From Yuukianura sp. NJ FZ-2021 (taxonomy: Eukaryota): a stretch of DNA of 64,000 nt. The translations under genes were made by a program, and so were the position numbers. How positions within the stretch are numbered: the first letter of the stretch is position 1; each line of letters begins with the position of its first letter. Under the pieces are notes generated by a model. The model did not search any database. It was not told where the DNA came from and worked only from the letters and a program-made list of their open reading frames with translations. The stretch is taken from assembly GCA_046563655.1 (NCBI GenBank), contig CM102287.1, positions 7,130,001 through 7,194,000 on the forward strand, written 5' to 3'. Below, in pieces: positions 24,557 through 36,909 of this stretch.

Positions 24557-25567
24557 ATGAAAACTCTTTCAGCTCAATTTTTTAACAAAGTCATGTATGG
24601 ATTCGCGTGTTTCATTGCAGTAATTCCACACCGTCGCGTGTTTCATTGCAGTAATTCCACACCGCTTTAAGGCAACCAAGAACAAGCCAGATCAGTTGCA
24701 TCTACAGCCCACTACTCAAACATGGTACTGGGTTACACTGCTAATGGCATTAACCGTAAGTGGAATCATCCTGTACTTGTACGCAATCGTAATCTTTGGA
24801 CCACTTACGTCATTTGAGCGACTCTTACTTCTTGGGCTCAATGGCGTCATTTGCTCAACGAACTTGGCTCAATGGCTCTTCTTGTCCGATTCCCGCCGCC
24901 AGCTTGGACAACCCGAATTTACATCCGATTTTGGCGGCAACTTTTCAAATGTATTTGAGTATCAGTTCTGCTACTGAGTCATGGGGCAATTGTCCACTGT
25001 GTAACGAATCTGCTGTATACATGACAATTAGTCTGTGGAGCTACAATGAGTGATTAATTTTATGCAAAATTGTAATTCCATTGTACAACCTCCCTTTCTT
25101 GTACAGTATTACATGGTATGTTCCGGGCACCACGGTCGGACTCTATCCGTCAAATTTACTGGCTCAGTTGATCAGCAGCAACCCGAATGTTACAACCGTT
25201 TTGGCGGCAATTTTCAAATTTGTTATTTTGTTCATTCTTTCGACGGCTCTGAGTCATGGGGCAATTGTCCACTGTGTAACAGGGAGCTGGGCTCTTTTGT
25301 ATCACATGACAATTCACACATTTTTGGACAAGAACAATGAGTGAGTTAATTTTAAATTTCAAAATTTCATTTCGTTTAAACAAAAACCATTCCTTTTTTG
25401 TCTCTACAACTAGCTCGTGCTCCGAACTGGACAACACGCAGCTTATGACCTTCTCCGAGCAATACCTCAAACTCAAAAGCCTGAACAAAATTTACGAAGA
25501 TGCCGTTGGCTTGATATTTTCATTTACACAAATTGGAATTTTCCAATTCTCAATCCTGTTGACCTAA
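24557..25567 (+). pseudogene. Disrupted paralog of the 19611-20922 chemoreceptor
   Basis: SGIILYLYAIVIFGPLTSFERLLLL...NLAQWLFL aligns with SASILYLYAKCFFGSVSELDRLFL...NISQWFLL, and ALSHGAIV aligns with SLAHGLVS. A 31-bp tandem duplication (24603-24664) frameshifts it, the middle is replaced by a corrupted duplicate, and it stops early at 25567. Confidence 0.75.
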
Positions 25568-26057
25568 AGTTGTTTTTCCGTAATTTTTTGAAAAATTGGG
25601 TTATCGCATAACCTGCATTTGTATACATGGGCGTTTTATCAACCTTGCACCCAGAACGTTATAACAGAAGTTATAAATTGTTTGGCAATTTTTTTACCAC
25701 ATTATTTAAAATTGACAAATAATAGTAAAATTTCAATTGATAAACGAAGTATCAAGGTGATATGACTCAGGCGCTGGAAACAGAATGGCTGTGTTTAACC
25801 AACAATCAAACCTTCATGACTCATCATTTGCAGATTCAGGAAAAGTGAAGATTCTGGAGGCAGCACAATTTCAAAAAGAAAATTATATTATATTCAAAAT
25901 GTTTTGTCACGAGTTTCAAAAAGTTAGTTTCTGGTTGATTAAGTTATAAATACTTGTATGATCTAGAAAAAAATAGTCGCAAACTAAAGAACACAGGATA
26001 ATAAAAAACTAGCAAAATAGACAAGTAAAATTCAAATGCAAAAGCAATGTATTTTAT

Positions 26058-26975
26058 TTACCAAACAAAAGCTGGCTGACACTTTCCAACAATGTTCAAA
26101 TAAGTACCTGGGTGGCACTTGAGCTGTCTTGACACTGCCAGTGCTCGCGTCCCTGGTGTGAATTTGGCACATTTTGGAGTCAGTTCTCCCAGCACAAACC
26201 AGACAACCTCTTCTGGATTTTCACAATGCGTCGACTCCTGTCCAAGAACAACGCACGGTCCAGTGCCGTTAAGTGGAACGTACACGACGTCCTTCAGCAC
26301 TTCTGGAGTTTGGCATTTGTTAAAACTGCAACTAGGTTTTCCATTTTGTCCAAAAGTTAGCCACTGACCTCGACGGCAATAGGCCTACAGTACAAAATTT
26401 AATATTTCATGTTCAATTTTTGAAATGCAACGGTAAGAATTTGACTATGACATTTTTCTTACCCGTTCGTACACATAGTAGCAATGGTTTGTTCGAGCAT
26501 CAAAAACTAAAGGCCTCACGGAATTGTAGTTGCAGTCGCATCTACCATAAACTTCGTTATGAACAACGCCATAAAAGAACATGTTTTCGCCGCAGTGACC
26601 GCGTTGACCTGCGCGTGAGCATTTGTCTGCTACTGCGTCATATCTCACTTGCTCCAGCTCGTCATCGGTCACATTTGGACACAATTTGCGTTTTATTTCC
26701 AGCGGATTCACTTTTCCAAAACCTGATCCATCTCCCTCTCCAGGTTTATTTTGAATTTCATTTCCAGATTTCAAATTTTGAAAAAATGGGGGCGGTGGGA
26801 CAACTTCTTTTTCAGTTTCTGAGCTGTTTTCACTTCCAAAACCAATGGGAGTACTGCTGTGAAAAATAAATTCTAGATCTGCGTTGCTTTTTCCCAGACA
26901 CAAAAGAAATGGAACTGCAAATCCAACAAGTAAATACAAGTGCGAATAATTTCTGAGAGCTGAAATGGAATTCAT
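26058..26975 (-). CDS. Secreted Cys-rich DUF4789-like protein, 2 exons
   Basis: Signal-like N-terminus. Motifs KCSRAGQRGHC, YGRCDC, CYYVYER|AYCRRGQWL, PSCSFNKC, CVVLGQESTHC and terminal CHPGTYLNIVGKCQP match the arthropod DUF4789 Cys pattern. Confidence 0.75.
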
Positions 26976-28197
26976 TGTTGTGTTAAACAAAAGAACTTTG
27001 AAACTCGACTGAAGTGCCAAGATTTTGTGCAAATTTTTCCAAAGACAAGATTTTTTGCAAACAGGGACGAGATTTTTTCTGCAAAGACCTTTTAGAGAAC
27101 AATGACGACGGAAGTTGATTGTCGTCTTAAGTCCAAAGACAGGATGAAACTGAGATGTCTTTTTCTTGAATGATTTCAAGTTCGAAGGATGTGTGGGTTG
27201 CATTGAATTTGAGAAGTAGTAGCGTAATCATTTTTAGTCATAGTAATCATGAGAAATTACGCCGGGAAAAACTAAAACTTGTAGAACAATGAAAATGACA
27301 CATTGTTCCCGTTGAATACTAAGACTAAGAATAGAATTATTTCAGACGCCTCATTCCAGGATGCTTCCAAAAAAAACCTTCGATCATAAAAGGAAATTAA
27401 CACGTTTTTTTTCGTTGATTTTTCCCTCCGTAATTCTGCGAATATGTTATGACTTACCTACGGATTATTTCAAAAAATTAAAAAAAGTGTGAAAATGACG
27501 TCATTCGTGAAGGTTCAGAAGTTGTGACGGCTTGTGTCAACTTAGTCACTAACTTCGGGATGTAGCCTTGAGGCTACCGTGATACGATGCAGTTAGGTAG
27601 TAACTGCTAATGACCCGACGCTCGGCGACACAGGAACGAACAATTTCAAAACTGCAAGAATTTTCAGTTATTGCGGTAGTATAGGCACCAATCGTTCACC
27701 GCTTTCAATATATTTAACTCTATTATATTTTATTCATTCCTTTACTTGAGAAAAAACATGGAATATTTTAGCAAATTACGAAAAAAAATGAAAGCATTCT
27801 AATATTTTTGAGAACATCCCACGCAAAGTTCACCTTTCCTTGACAAAGTTTTACTGCGAAAAATCAACGCTCAGCTTTCTACAACGCAACATTTTTGTTA
27901 CTTTTGATCCGGAAAGTTTACATGATAAGCACTACTAAAAGAAAACACAACTGATCGAGTAGTAAGTACGTGAAAACAAAAATCTGAACCTTCGATTCGT
28001 TCATAAGTAGTTGTCCATCTACTGTACTTTAGTCGGCACAAGGTCAACCTTTGATTTGCTCTGCAATTCTCTACTCACTGCACTTGTACAAAGTGGTCCA
28101 TTCGACAAAACTACTATCATGTGCTCTTCCATGAATCTCGTGACATGCCAAATAGATATATAAATTCTACTAAAAGTCAGCAGAAGAGGATCAGACC

Positions 28198-29752
28198 ATG
28201 ATACAACAGTTCAATAAAATCAGAATTTCCTATATTTTTCGTAATCCATTTCAGTATTTGAGGGCTAAGAATTTTCTAGGTCAAATGGAACCTTGTCAGG
28301 TCAATCACACGGGTGCTTTGGTCAACGGAATTTGTACCAAAAGAAATTTTTCGAAAAGTTCTAATGAAAATGAAATTCAGATCCCAGTGCCATGGGGTCA
28401 TATTGCCGGTATGAAATTTGTTAACCTAACTTTTAAAAAGGCTACCCTATGCGGCATCTAACCTGAATTTTCAATGCTCAGCCTAACCTAACACTTTAAG
28501 TACTGAATTTATTTTTTTTAAAGGAAGAACATATGGAGATGTCAACAACAAACCGATTCTGGCTGTCCACGGGTAAGATTCAAATGAAAATCAGAATCGT
28601 TTCCGTTTTTCGTTTGAATTTATTAACCTTAATTTAAATTATTTTGAACTAAGCTAAATAAAGAAATTAATGGAGTCTATAAATCATTAATTAAATAATG
28701 AATTTACAGGTGGATGGACAATGCTGGTACATTTGACAGACTAATCCCCATGTTGTCGAAGTCACTGTACATTGTTGCTGTGGATTTACCTGGACATGGA
28801 CGAAGTTCACACCTTCCTCCAGGAATGCCATATCACTTTTTGGTCAGTCACTGAATTGTTACTTCCTACAGTTTGACTATTGTTTTATCAACTTTTGAAC
28901 ACTAATTCGAATTTTGAATTATTCGAATTTTGAATTTTTAGGATAATCTAATAACCCTACGCCGAATTTCGAACCATTTCAAATGGACAAGATTTTCATG
29001 GTTAGGACATTCAATGGGAGCCGCTCTAGGAGCCATGTACGCCTCATTTTATCCAGATCAGGTAATACCTTTAGAATCTTTTTCAAAACTAAGCTTTGGA
29101 ATTTAAAAAATGAATTAAAATTGATCATTTTCCAAACTTTTTTTAAGATTGAAAGATTGGTGATGCTGGACCTCCTGATGCCATTGACTCGATCCGGAGA
29201 AGAATTTGCCGAACGAGCTGCAATAGGAATTGACCAATTTTTGGCGCTGGACGCCAAACTACAACCGAATCCTCCATCATATTCATACGAAGATGCTTTA
29301 AATCGCGTGTTAGAGGCAACTCGTGTTTCTCGTGAAGGAGCAATTAGTTTAATGGTAAGCTGAAGTTCTTGGCTTCTTTTTATGGAAATAGCAGTTTGGC
29401 CTTGAACTGGAATAATTATTGATGTTTGTTTTAGAATCGAGGTGCTTTTCAAGTTGGTGATGATGCCTGGTCATTTTCACGTGATCTCAGACTTAGAAGT
29501 CCAAGTATTCTACGATTGAACAATGACCAGAAGTATGCAATTCTGAGAAACATTCGCTGTGCTGTTCTGGCGTTCAAAGCTTCCGGTGGATACATGGATG
29601 ACTCCAGGGAAGAATTTCAAACAGTGCTCAAAATTTATGAAACCCATTGCTCCGAATTTAGTTACATTCAACTCGATGGAGGTCATCATTTTCATTTAGA
29701 CGAACCTGAAAAATGTGCTGTGGAAATCGACAATTTCTTTGCAAAGTTATAA
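28198..29752 (+). CDS. Serine hydrolase-like alpha/beta hydrolase (kraken/SERHL family), multi-exon; start codon uncertain
   Basis: EIQIPVPWGHIAG, LAVHG|WMDNAGTFDRL, AVDLPGHGRSSH, nucleophile elbow GHSMG, FSRDLRL and GGHHFHLDEP. Confidence 0.88.
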
Positions 29753-29904
29753 CCAAAAACAGTTTTCAATTAAAGAAAAAAGTTTGAAAACTTTGGAAAA
29801 AGGTTTTTCTTTATTATGTCAACATCGGGAATTTGATTTTTTACGATTTTAGTGGTCTTTTAGAGCTGTTTTGTATCATGACTTTTCTGAGCAAACCCTT
29901 CATA

Positions 29905-32463
29905 CTAACTCAATTTCGTAACTTTTGAATTATCCAAACATAAACAGATTGCTGGGATTTTGGGAATTTTGTGACGTTGAAACATCTCAACTATTGCAAT
30001 CAAAATACATAACACACTACAAACTAAGAACACATAAAATATTGTGCGAATGTTTGAATTTAAGGAGACAGGAGTGAATTCATACGGGTGCCATTTTTTG
30101 AGCGTTTCAGCATGAACTTGTAGAGTGGGCGATGGATTCAGCTTTCGAGTCCATTTCGTCCAAATTTGTGCAATTCCGTGTGCTAACAACTGTTGAAGTC
30201 TTCGGTATAAATGAGCAGTTCCAAGTTGTTCCCCATGATAAAATACAATTCCATTACCCGCGGAGAGTAGCTTTTGGTCAATTTTCATGTAGGCCACGTT
30301 CCTCTTGTAATGGATTTCGAGTAAATCGAGAATTGCGTCAATTTCAGATTTTTCAGCAATATAACCTGTTTTGTCACATTTTTTGAGACGCTCATGTACC
30401 TCCATGTAGTAGCGATCATAATTTATATATTGTACCTCAGTTTCTACTATAATGGCTTTACTAAATGGGAATGGAGCACCACGTAATGAAATCGACTTGT
30501 TCACATGACTTATTCCAAAAATTTCAGGGTTGTAAGCTGTTTTTGAAAATTGTTCAGAAAATTTCAAAATGTCAGAAATCCCAATTGCGGTACCATTTTC
30601 TGTCAAACTCTTTTTGTGATCCCTGTACTTTTTTAAAATCGAATTAAAAAGTATTTCGTTTGGGCCTCCTGGTTTTCCAATTCGACAAAATCCAGAACTT
30701 GGTGGTTTAGTAATAGAAATGCTTAGTAAATCTAGTTTCAATTTGACAGTGGAACAATTGTCTCGGTTAAGACCAGCATAACTGTCTTCATCGTTGATAT
30801 CTGGCGGCCCAGAGAGATACGGAATCATTTCTGGAATATCCGGAAGGCACAAACAGCCCATCAAATTTGGTAACTTTAAAACCTGGTACCCATATTTAGG
30901 AACATATTTTGATTGTTGAATTTTTTCGAATTGGAGGGAAAATGGAAGTGAAACGAAAAACATAAAATTTGAAGTTTCGCTGACATTTGAATAAGTCCCG
31001 CTCGGTGGAGCATCGATTGTGAGCTGAGAGCTTACAATTCCTTTGTAAGCATTTATGATTATCACCGTCATGAGTGCCCACACTCCCAATAAAATTTCAA
31101 CTTTTGAAAATATTTTGAGTGCTTTTTCTAATAAGCGCAACATACTGGGAAATTCAAAGGTGAGTGAAATGTTAAAGTACAAAATGGAGAAGAAAATGGA
31201 GCGGGAGGCAATTGGCGGAGAGTTTGAATTTTGCGGAGATACAAAATTTGTTTTAAAGTACAAAAACAGAGTTCCCGCCAAAGGCAGAACGAGACTTGCG
31301 CAGCAAACGTAAAAAATCCAGGACGCAGTATCGTATGCCTTGAAGTAGAACATAAACGAAAGTGGTTGACTTACACCGTCGCAGGTAAAAGCCGTCATGT
31401 ACTCATCACCAATTGGCACAACATCAACATGCCTTTCTCTCAGGTACCTCACAAAATCAGTAACGATTATCTTCCCAGCATACCTTGCAAATTGTAAATT
31501 CTTGATACCAATATGCCAACGTATCTGGTGTTGAGCTCCTAAGTTCCAAAGTTCATTTTGAAATTTTTCAAAATGAATCCAAAAATCAATCCCTTCTATT
31601 ACCAAATACCTGATCAGATTCGTCCTATCTTTGTACTTTTTAAACGGATTGTTATAATTTGTTGAAACAATTTCCCTCCAAGTGATGAAATTTTTTGATG
31701 ACAAATAAGTTTTGTTGACATAAAAATCCAGAAGTGAAGCAGTACTTTTTAGAGAATCAATATGGATTTTCCCGCCAAAAAGAATGTTATTCAAAACATG
31801 TTCGATTTGAAAACGACACTTAAACGTTTCTGTACTCATAGAACAACCTAACACTTCCATTTCAAGCACTAATGGCGCCTTGTAAATTTCTTTTCGAGGG
31901 AGCATTTGTGCAATATTAACTTTCTGAATAAAATATGTCTCACCACAATCACATTTTGCTTTGTTCATAAAGTATGAAATTATGAACTCCGTTTTGTAGT
32001 CATACTGCATAGTGTTAATAACATTCCTTGTAATAGTGAATTTGTTAGGCCATTTTATGAAAATATGAATGTAGTTGGTAGATCCGGGAGGGAAGGTGGA
32101 TTTCGCTACATTTAGAAATTTAGAAGACATAAAAGACACAAAAGAATCAAAATTCATTTCTGGAAAAAAGTTGAAAATAGACGTGTTGAAATTGGATTTA
32201 CGTATAGTAGATAATAGGGTGAGATGCAACTTCCAAAAATTGTCATCTGGATTTGACTTCCACTTCTTATAGTCTACGGTATAAAAAATTATAGGCGTTG
32301 GAATCAATAGTTCAAGGTCAAAATCCGATGAAAACGAAATTAGAATGAGTGTACAGTCGTTGTATTCAGACAACAGTGGATTCAAATTTTGAATTGTTGC
32401 TTGTAAAGTTATTTGTCGCAGCAGTAAGATAAATACATACGACATTTCTAAAATTCGTGCCAT
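29905..32463 (-). CDS. Intronless divergent ionotropic receptor (IR/iGluR-like), ~850 aa
   Basis: Long uninterrupted ORF; first ATG at 32463. Pre-M1 FTCDG...YFKAYDTASW, M3-like LLGVWALMTVIIINAYKGIVSSQLT, LLAHGIAQIW and a final TM PVSLNSNIRTIFYVFLVC...IVE. Confidence 0.8.
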   Translation of the reverse strand: MARILEMSYVFILLLRQITLQATIQNLNPLLSEYNDCTLILISFSSDFDLELLIPTPIIFYTVDYKKWKSNPDDNFWKLHLTLLSTIRKSNFNTSIFNFFPEMNFDSFVSFMSSKFLNVAKSTFPPGSTNYIHIFIKWPNKFTITRNVINTMQYDYKTEFIISYFMNKAKCDCGETYFIQKVNIAQMLPRKEIYKAPLVLEMEVLGCSMSTETFKCRFQIEHVLNNILFGGKIHIDSLKSTASLLDFYVNKTYLSSKNFITWREIVSTNYNNPFKKYKDRTNLIRYLVIEGIDFWIHFEKFQNELWNLGAQHQIRWHIGIKNLQFARYAGKIIVTDFVRYLRERHVDVVPIGDEYMTAFTCDGVSQPLSFMFYFKAYDTASWIFYVCCASLVLPLAGTLFLYFKTNFVSPQNSNSPPIASRSIFFSILYFNISLTFEFPSMLRLLEKALKIFSKVEILLGVWALMTVIIINAYKGIVSSQLTIDAPPSGTYSNVSETSNFMFFVSLPFSLQFEKIQQSKYVPKYGYQVLKLPNLMGCLCLPDIPEMIPYLSGPPDINDEDSYAGLNRDNCSTVKLKLDLLSISITKPPSSGFCRIGKPGGPNEILFNSILKKYRDHKKSLTENGTAIGISDILKFSEQFSKTAYNPEIFGISHVNKSISLRGAPFPFSKAIIVETEVQYINYDRYYMEVHERLKKCDKTGYIAEKSEIDAILDLLEIHYKRNVAYMKIDQKLLSAGNGIVFYHGEQLGTAHLYRRLQQLLAHGIAQIWTKWTRKLNPSPTLQVHAETLKKWHPYEFTPVSLNSNIRTIFYVFLVCSVLCILIAIVEMFQRHKIPKIPAICLCLDNSKVTKLS

Positions 32464-33143
32464 TTTCTTTAAGAAACTGACAATATTATTCGGCAATAAC
32501 ACAATAGTGGAGAGTGAAACTCAAAGTTCCTGGCATCACTAAAAGATATTTTTTAATTATTATATGATATGAGGTTCTCGTTCAGAAATCATCGGATATC
32601 GTCATTTTAAGTAAAAGGAGATAAATATTTAATGGTAGTCTAATTTTATGTTGCGATAATAAGCTATGGATAAGTCAGTATAACTCCAAACATGAGCATT
32701 CATGCTAAAAGATATAATTAATTCAACTTTCACCTTTATGTGTTCAAAATATTCACCTCAAATTTTAAAACATGGTTAGTATCACAAATTTTGGTACGAA
32801 GAGGAAAGACACGTTCATGAATTTTCAATTTTGTCTTAAGCATCCTGAAGGCTTCGATAAAGAGAATATGGGGCAAGAATCAAGCTAACTTTGACTTGAC
32901 TTTGCTTCATACGCAGGAAAGTATTTAACACTTTCAAAATGCTTCACTTTTTTTAAAATCGAATTTGAGTTTTTAGTTTTATGTTAATTAATTACCTGTT
33001 ACTATTTACTTTGAATTCGAAATGCTAGTAAACGTTAACAGAAACTAACGTTTTGGTTTTTTTTTAGAAAGTTGATTTATTAAATTGTTGAAAGAAGCTT
33101 TGTCGTTTGTTATTTTGACAATATTAGTTTGCTTTTTAGTTAT

Positions 33144-34023
33144 TTAAGGAACTTCGTCTTCCCCTGTTGTAACTTGGTTTGCCAGTTGGCCATCAGATAT
33201 GTTTCTTGTCACTGTAGCCACATAAAGTAAAAAAAAATTGAAATTGCGTTTTCAAACATTTTCAACACGTTCCGTTTTCCTTTTTTAAAAATATACTCAC
33301 ATGCATCTTGAACAATGTTGACTCCATAGTACATACTAAATATCCAGCCAACGAGCACAGGGGTTAGAATGAGCTGGATAATTCCAGCAAGCAGTCCGTA
33401 CTTAATTCCTTGTGATTTAGTTTCATGTCTGCATTTGGCTCCGCAAAGAAGCGTTCCCGCTCCAATAAAGGTTCCTGTTAAACATAATTTTCTGAAACCC
33501 AAATACAATTTGCAAATAAAAACTATCAATTGTAAACTTATTAGATTAACCTGTACTAGGAAGTATAACATTTAGAACACAAAGGAAAATTGCCACGCAG
33601 ACTGGAAGTAACGGAACGGCCTTGCGCATTCGGCCCATTTTTTCCTTGACTTCAATCAACTCCAATTTTGTCACTTTTCCATCTTTCTCTTCCATCCACT
33701 ACACAAAGTACAAAAAAAAATGCATTTTAAAAATTCGAAATGAATTGAATCATGCTTGTGTAACTAACCTGGTCACCCTCCTTAAAAATTCTGGATTCTC
33801 CATGACCGCCTCCACTAATAGACCCGGACTGTTGTTTTCTTCTGCGTTCAAAATCAATTCCCGCTGCAGCCATCAAAGTCGAACCTCTCCTCTGTTCGTG
33901 AATCGGATTTTGAAGTTGTTTGTTTCCTGCAACGTCATTTGAAGAACGTCGATGTTCACTTTTTTGTGTGTTGGGTTCGCCCCAAAATTTCTCCTTTTCC
34001 TCTTCAATATCTTCAAGTTGCAT
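33144..34023 (-). CDS. SPEC3/stum-family small membrane protein, 4 exons
   Basis: The spliced product has MRKAVPLLPVCVAIFLCVLNVILPSTG|TFIGA and AGIIQLILTPVLVGWIFSMYYG, matching the Spec3 signature (N...PG.GT; QL...VGW.WS..WG). Confidence 0.8.
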
Positions 34024-35022
34024 TTTTCGAAAGTAATATGCTTTACAGTATCCGTAAAATAAACAAAGTTAATGTTTTAACGAAGATTTGTCTTACTTTT
34101 GCGAAAAACTTTCACAAAACTGAAGATTTAAACTGAATTGTCCCTATAAATCAATTTTTCACAAATGGTGACAGGATACTCTTTACTAAACTCAAGTTTT
34201 TCAAGGAATTTGAATCACATTTGTCCGCCTGCGTATGTTGGTCTTGTACTTTTGTTTATATTATGTTTTTTGAAAGTTTATAAATAAAAAGCTCTTCCCT
34301 AAAACCTTTACAGAAATCCACTGTCTTTAGCTTTGTTTGAAAAAGCATTCTGCAAGCACTGATAGGCACTGGGAGAAAAGTGAGCTAAAAACCGAGTTTC
34401 GGGGAGAACGAAAAAAAAATTCTGTTCAAAATACCCGTTTCTTCCTCCCATTCTGTTTTCAGATCTCTGTATTTAAATTGTAACACATACTACATCTGAG
34501 AGAGGGAGGATGACTTGATCTCCTTTCCTATTTATTTATTTAGCCATAAACACGCGCTTGTTGTTTTCTTTTTCTTCTTGTATTTTTTCTGCCACTGCTT
34601 TTCCCAAAATTGTGTTTAGAACAAGTACAAAGCGGTGCCAAAAAGTTGTAGACGAGGAGGAATGAAATGTTCGTGTGATGGGTTTGGAAATATTCGAGTT
34701 TATGGTTCATGAACAAAAGTGCTTTTCAATATGTAGACTCATATTGGTTGTAGCATGATGGCGGCATTTGTTCAGAAACTGTTTCTGCAATATTGCAAAC
34801 AACCAAATCGACTTTTCTCGTAACGTTTTTTCTTTTACATTACGAAATCCTTTTTGAGAATTCACAAATAATGACTACAGATGAGAAAAATAACGGTGCA
34901 CCACCAAATGGATCTTTGTGGTGGAAAAAGTATGTAATTCGAGCTATTTTTCAAAGGTTATTACTTTATTTTTTCAAATTCAAAATTTTTATAGAACTGA
35001 AAAATGAAGTGCTAAAATAACC

Positions 35023-35049
35023 CTTTGGATTAGCACTGCTAATCCAAAG
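35023..35049. repeat. Perfect quasi-palindrome CTTTGGATTAGCA-C-TGCTAATCCAAAG overlapping the GALM stop codon
   Basis: 13-bp arms around a single C, read directly from the sequence. Confidence 0.9.
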
Positions 35050-36909
35050 TGAAAAACTTCAACACAGTGGAATGTTTGTACGTCTCTCCCGGTCTCAAAA
35101 TCATATTGGGGAATTCCGGCTGAAATAGAATTAAAAAATTGTTAATTTTCAATTTTCTAAGTAGACAATTTTAGCATTCGTGCGTTAAACTGGTGGTTTG
35201 GTTATAAAATTTAGATTATACAAAGGTAGATGTCAATTACCAAGTTGATTGCATTAGGATAATTTTGGGTTTCCAGACAAAATGCCCCATGCTTTGTGTA
35301 TTCCGCACCGTCTTTTCCTTTAATTGGAGTTTCTCCGATTTCTGGATCCGGAAAAAAATTGGAAGTGTAAAATTGTACTCCGGGTTGATTCGTCAACACT
35401 TTCATTCCAACTTTACTCTCCTTATTTTTGGCACTAGGCAGGAAATAAATAAGTGTTAAATTTAATACATTGTACATTTTGAAACTACAATTTCTTTATA
35501 AACTTGCACCTTTTGATTTTTTGTAGGATCTTACCATGCGACAAAAAATATATTTGGATCTTTGCTTCCCTCGACATTTATGCAAAAATTGATGTCGTAA
35601 CCATTCGGCCCTTTAGGGAATTTTTGTAGCTGTTCATCCAGTTTCTTTGTGTCACGGAAATCGTACACTGTGTTTTCAACTTTCTCAATTTTTCCTTTAA
35701 AAAAATAGAAAAGTTTAGGTACACATTATAGACTGGACAGAAAACACATGTACACATGTACTGTACACTCTGTACACATCATGAGAAGTCGTAAACTGAT
35801 ATGTCATTTTTCAAAGATGCTTTTTTATTTGAAATTTCATTGCATGTGGTATACCTGTCGGAACAAGATGTTCATCCACAGGAGTAAAGTGGTCAGCATT
35901 TATCCGAATGACATGATTTCTAAGTTTCTGGTTTCCTTCTTTCTAAAAAAAATTTTTTCGATTCGAGTGAAATATGAAACAGAAACAAAAATTTAAGTTT
36001 GACGTGACGTAACTTGAAAGAATCTGGCTTAATTTATGCTTTAATATTGAGTTACATTAATATAACCAAACTTAACTTTAAACTTACATGTCCACCTAGA
36101 TTGAAGTGGCTGTGGTTCGTGAGTGATATTGGCGTAGGTTTGGTCGTAGTGGCAGTGTAATTAATTTTTAGTTCATTGGCTTCTGTGAGGTCATAGGTCA
36201 CCTCCACGGTGACTTGTCCTGGATAACCTTCTTCTCCGTCTGGACTGACGTAGCTGAAGATGACCTTCTGTTCTTCAATTCTTCCTTCCCAGAATTTCTA
36301 CCATTGAAAGAAAACTGAATTTTAGACACCCAGAGATACATTTTCAACACAATCCAAGCGTTGTGGTTAAACCGAAAATTGATTTCATACTTTATCAAAA
36401 CCTTTGAATCCTCCGTGCAGATGATTTGGTCCATTGTTGACACCTAATTTGTATTCAGTTCCATCCAAAGTAAACTGACCTCCGCGAATTCGATTTGCAA
36501 CTCGGCCGACACAAGCTCCAAAAAACGGGTTCTTTCCATGTTTCCCAAGGTAGCCTATTGGCATTTAGTTTTCTTGTCGAAAACGTTAAAAATTTTCAAT
36601 ACTTTTTTAAAATTATTTTTTACCATCCAAATTGTCAAATCCCAAAATGATATCCCTCGTTGTTCCAGTTCCATCTTTGACTTCAATAGAGGTTATAGCT
36701 GCACCATAGTTGATTACCTTAAATTCATCAAATTAATTTTGAGCTCAATATTTTAAATCGAAAACTTTCGTTTGATAATTCACCTTCACGTTCATGCCAT
36801 TTCGATTTGTCAGTGTGAAAATGTAAACGTCCCTGGACTCCGATTCTGACAAATCTTGATCTTCCAGATGACTCAATTTGCCGAACAATTCTTTTGTAAC
36901 CGTCGTCAT
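35039..36909 (-). CDS. GALM: Aldose 1-epimerase (galactose mutarotase), multi-exon
   Basis: [72 protein letters not shown] and LRPGETY. ATG at 36909, TAG at 35041-35039. Confidence 0.95.

Noticed and set aside
27589..27607. Telomerase RNA template (ACCUAAC on the minus strand)
   Set aside because: The motif is short, mostly sequestered in a hairpin, and no other telomerase RNA hallmark is identifiable by eye.
27589..27632. Hammerhead ribozyme (CTAATGA...stem...GACAC resembles CUGAUGA...GAAAC)
   Set aside because: Two invariant core positions differ and no stem III or NUH site forms in register.
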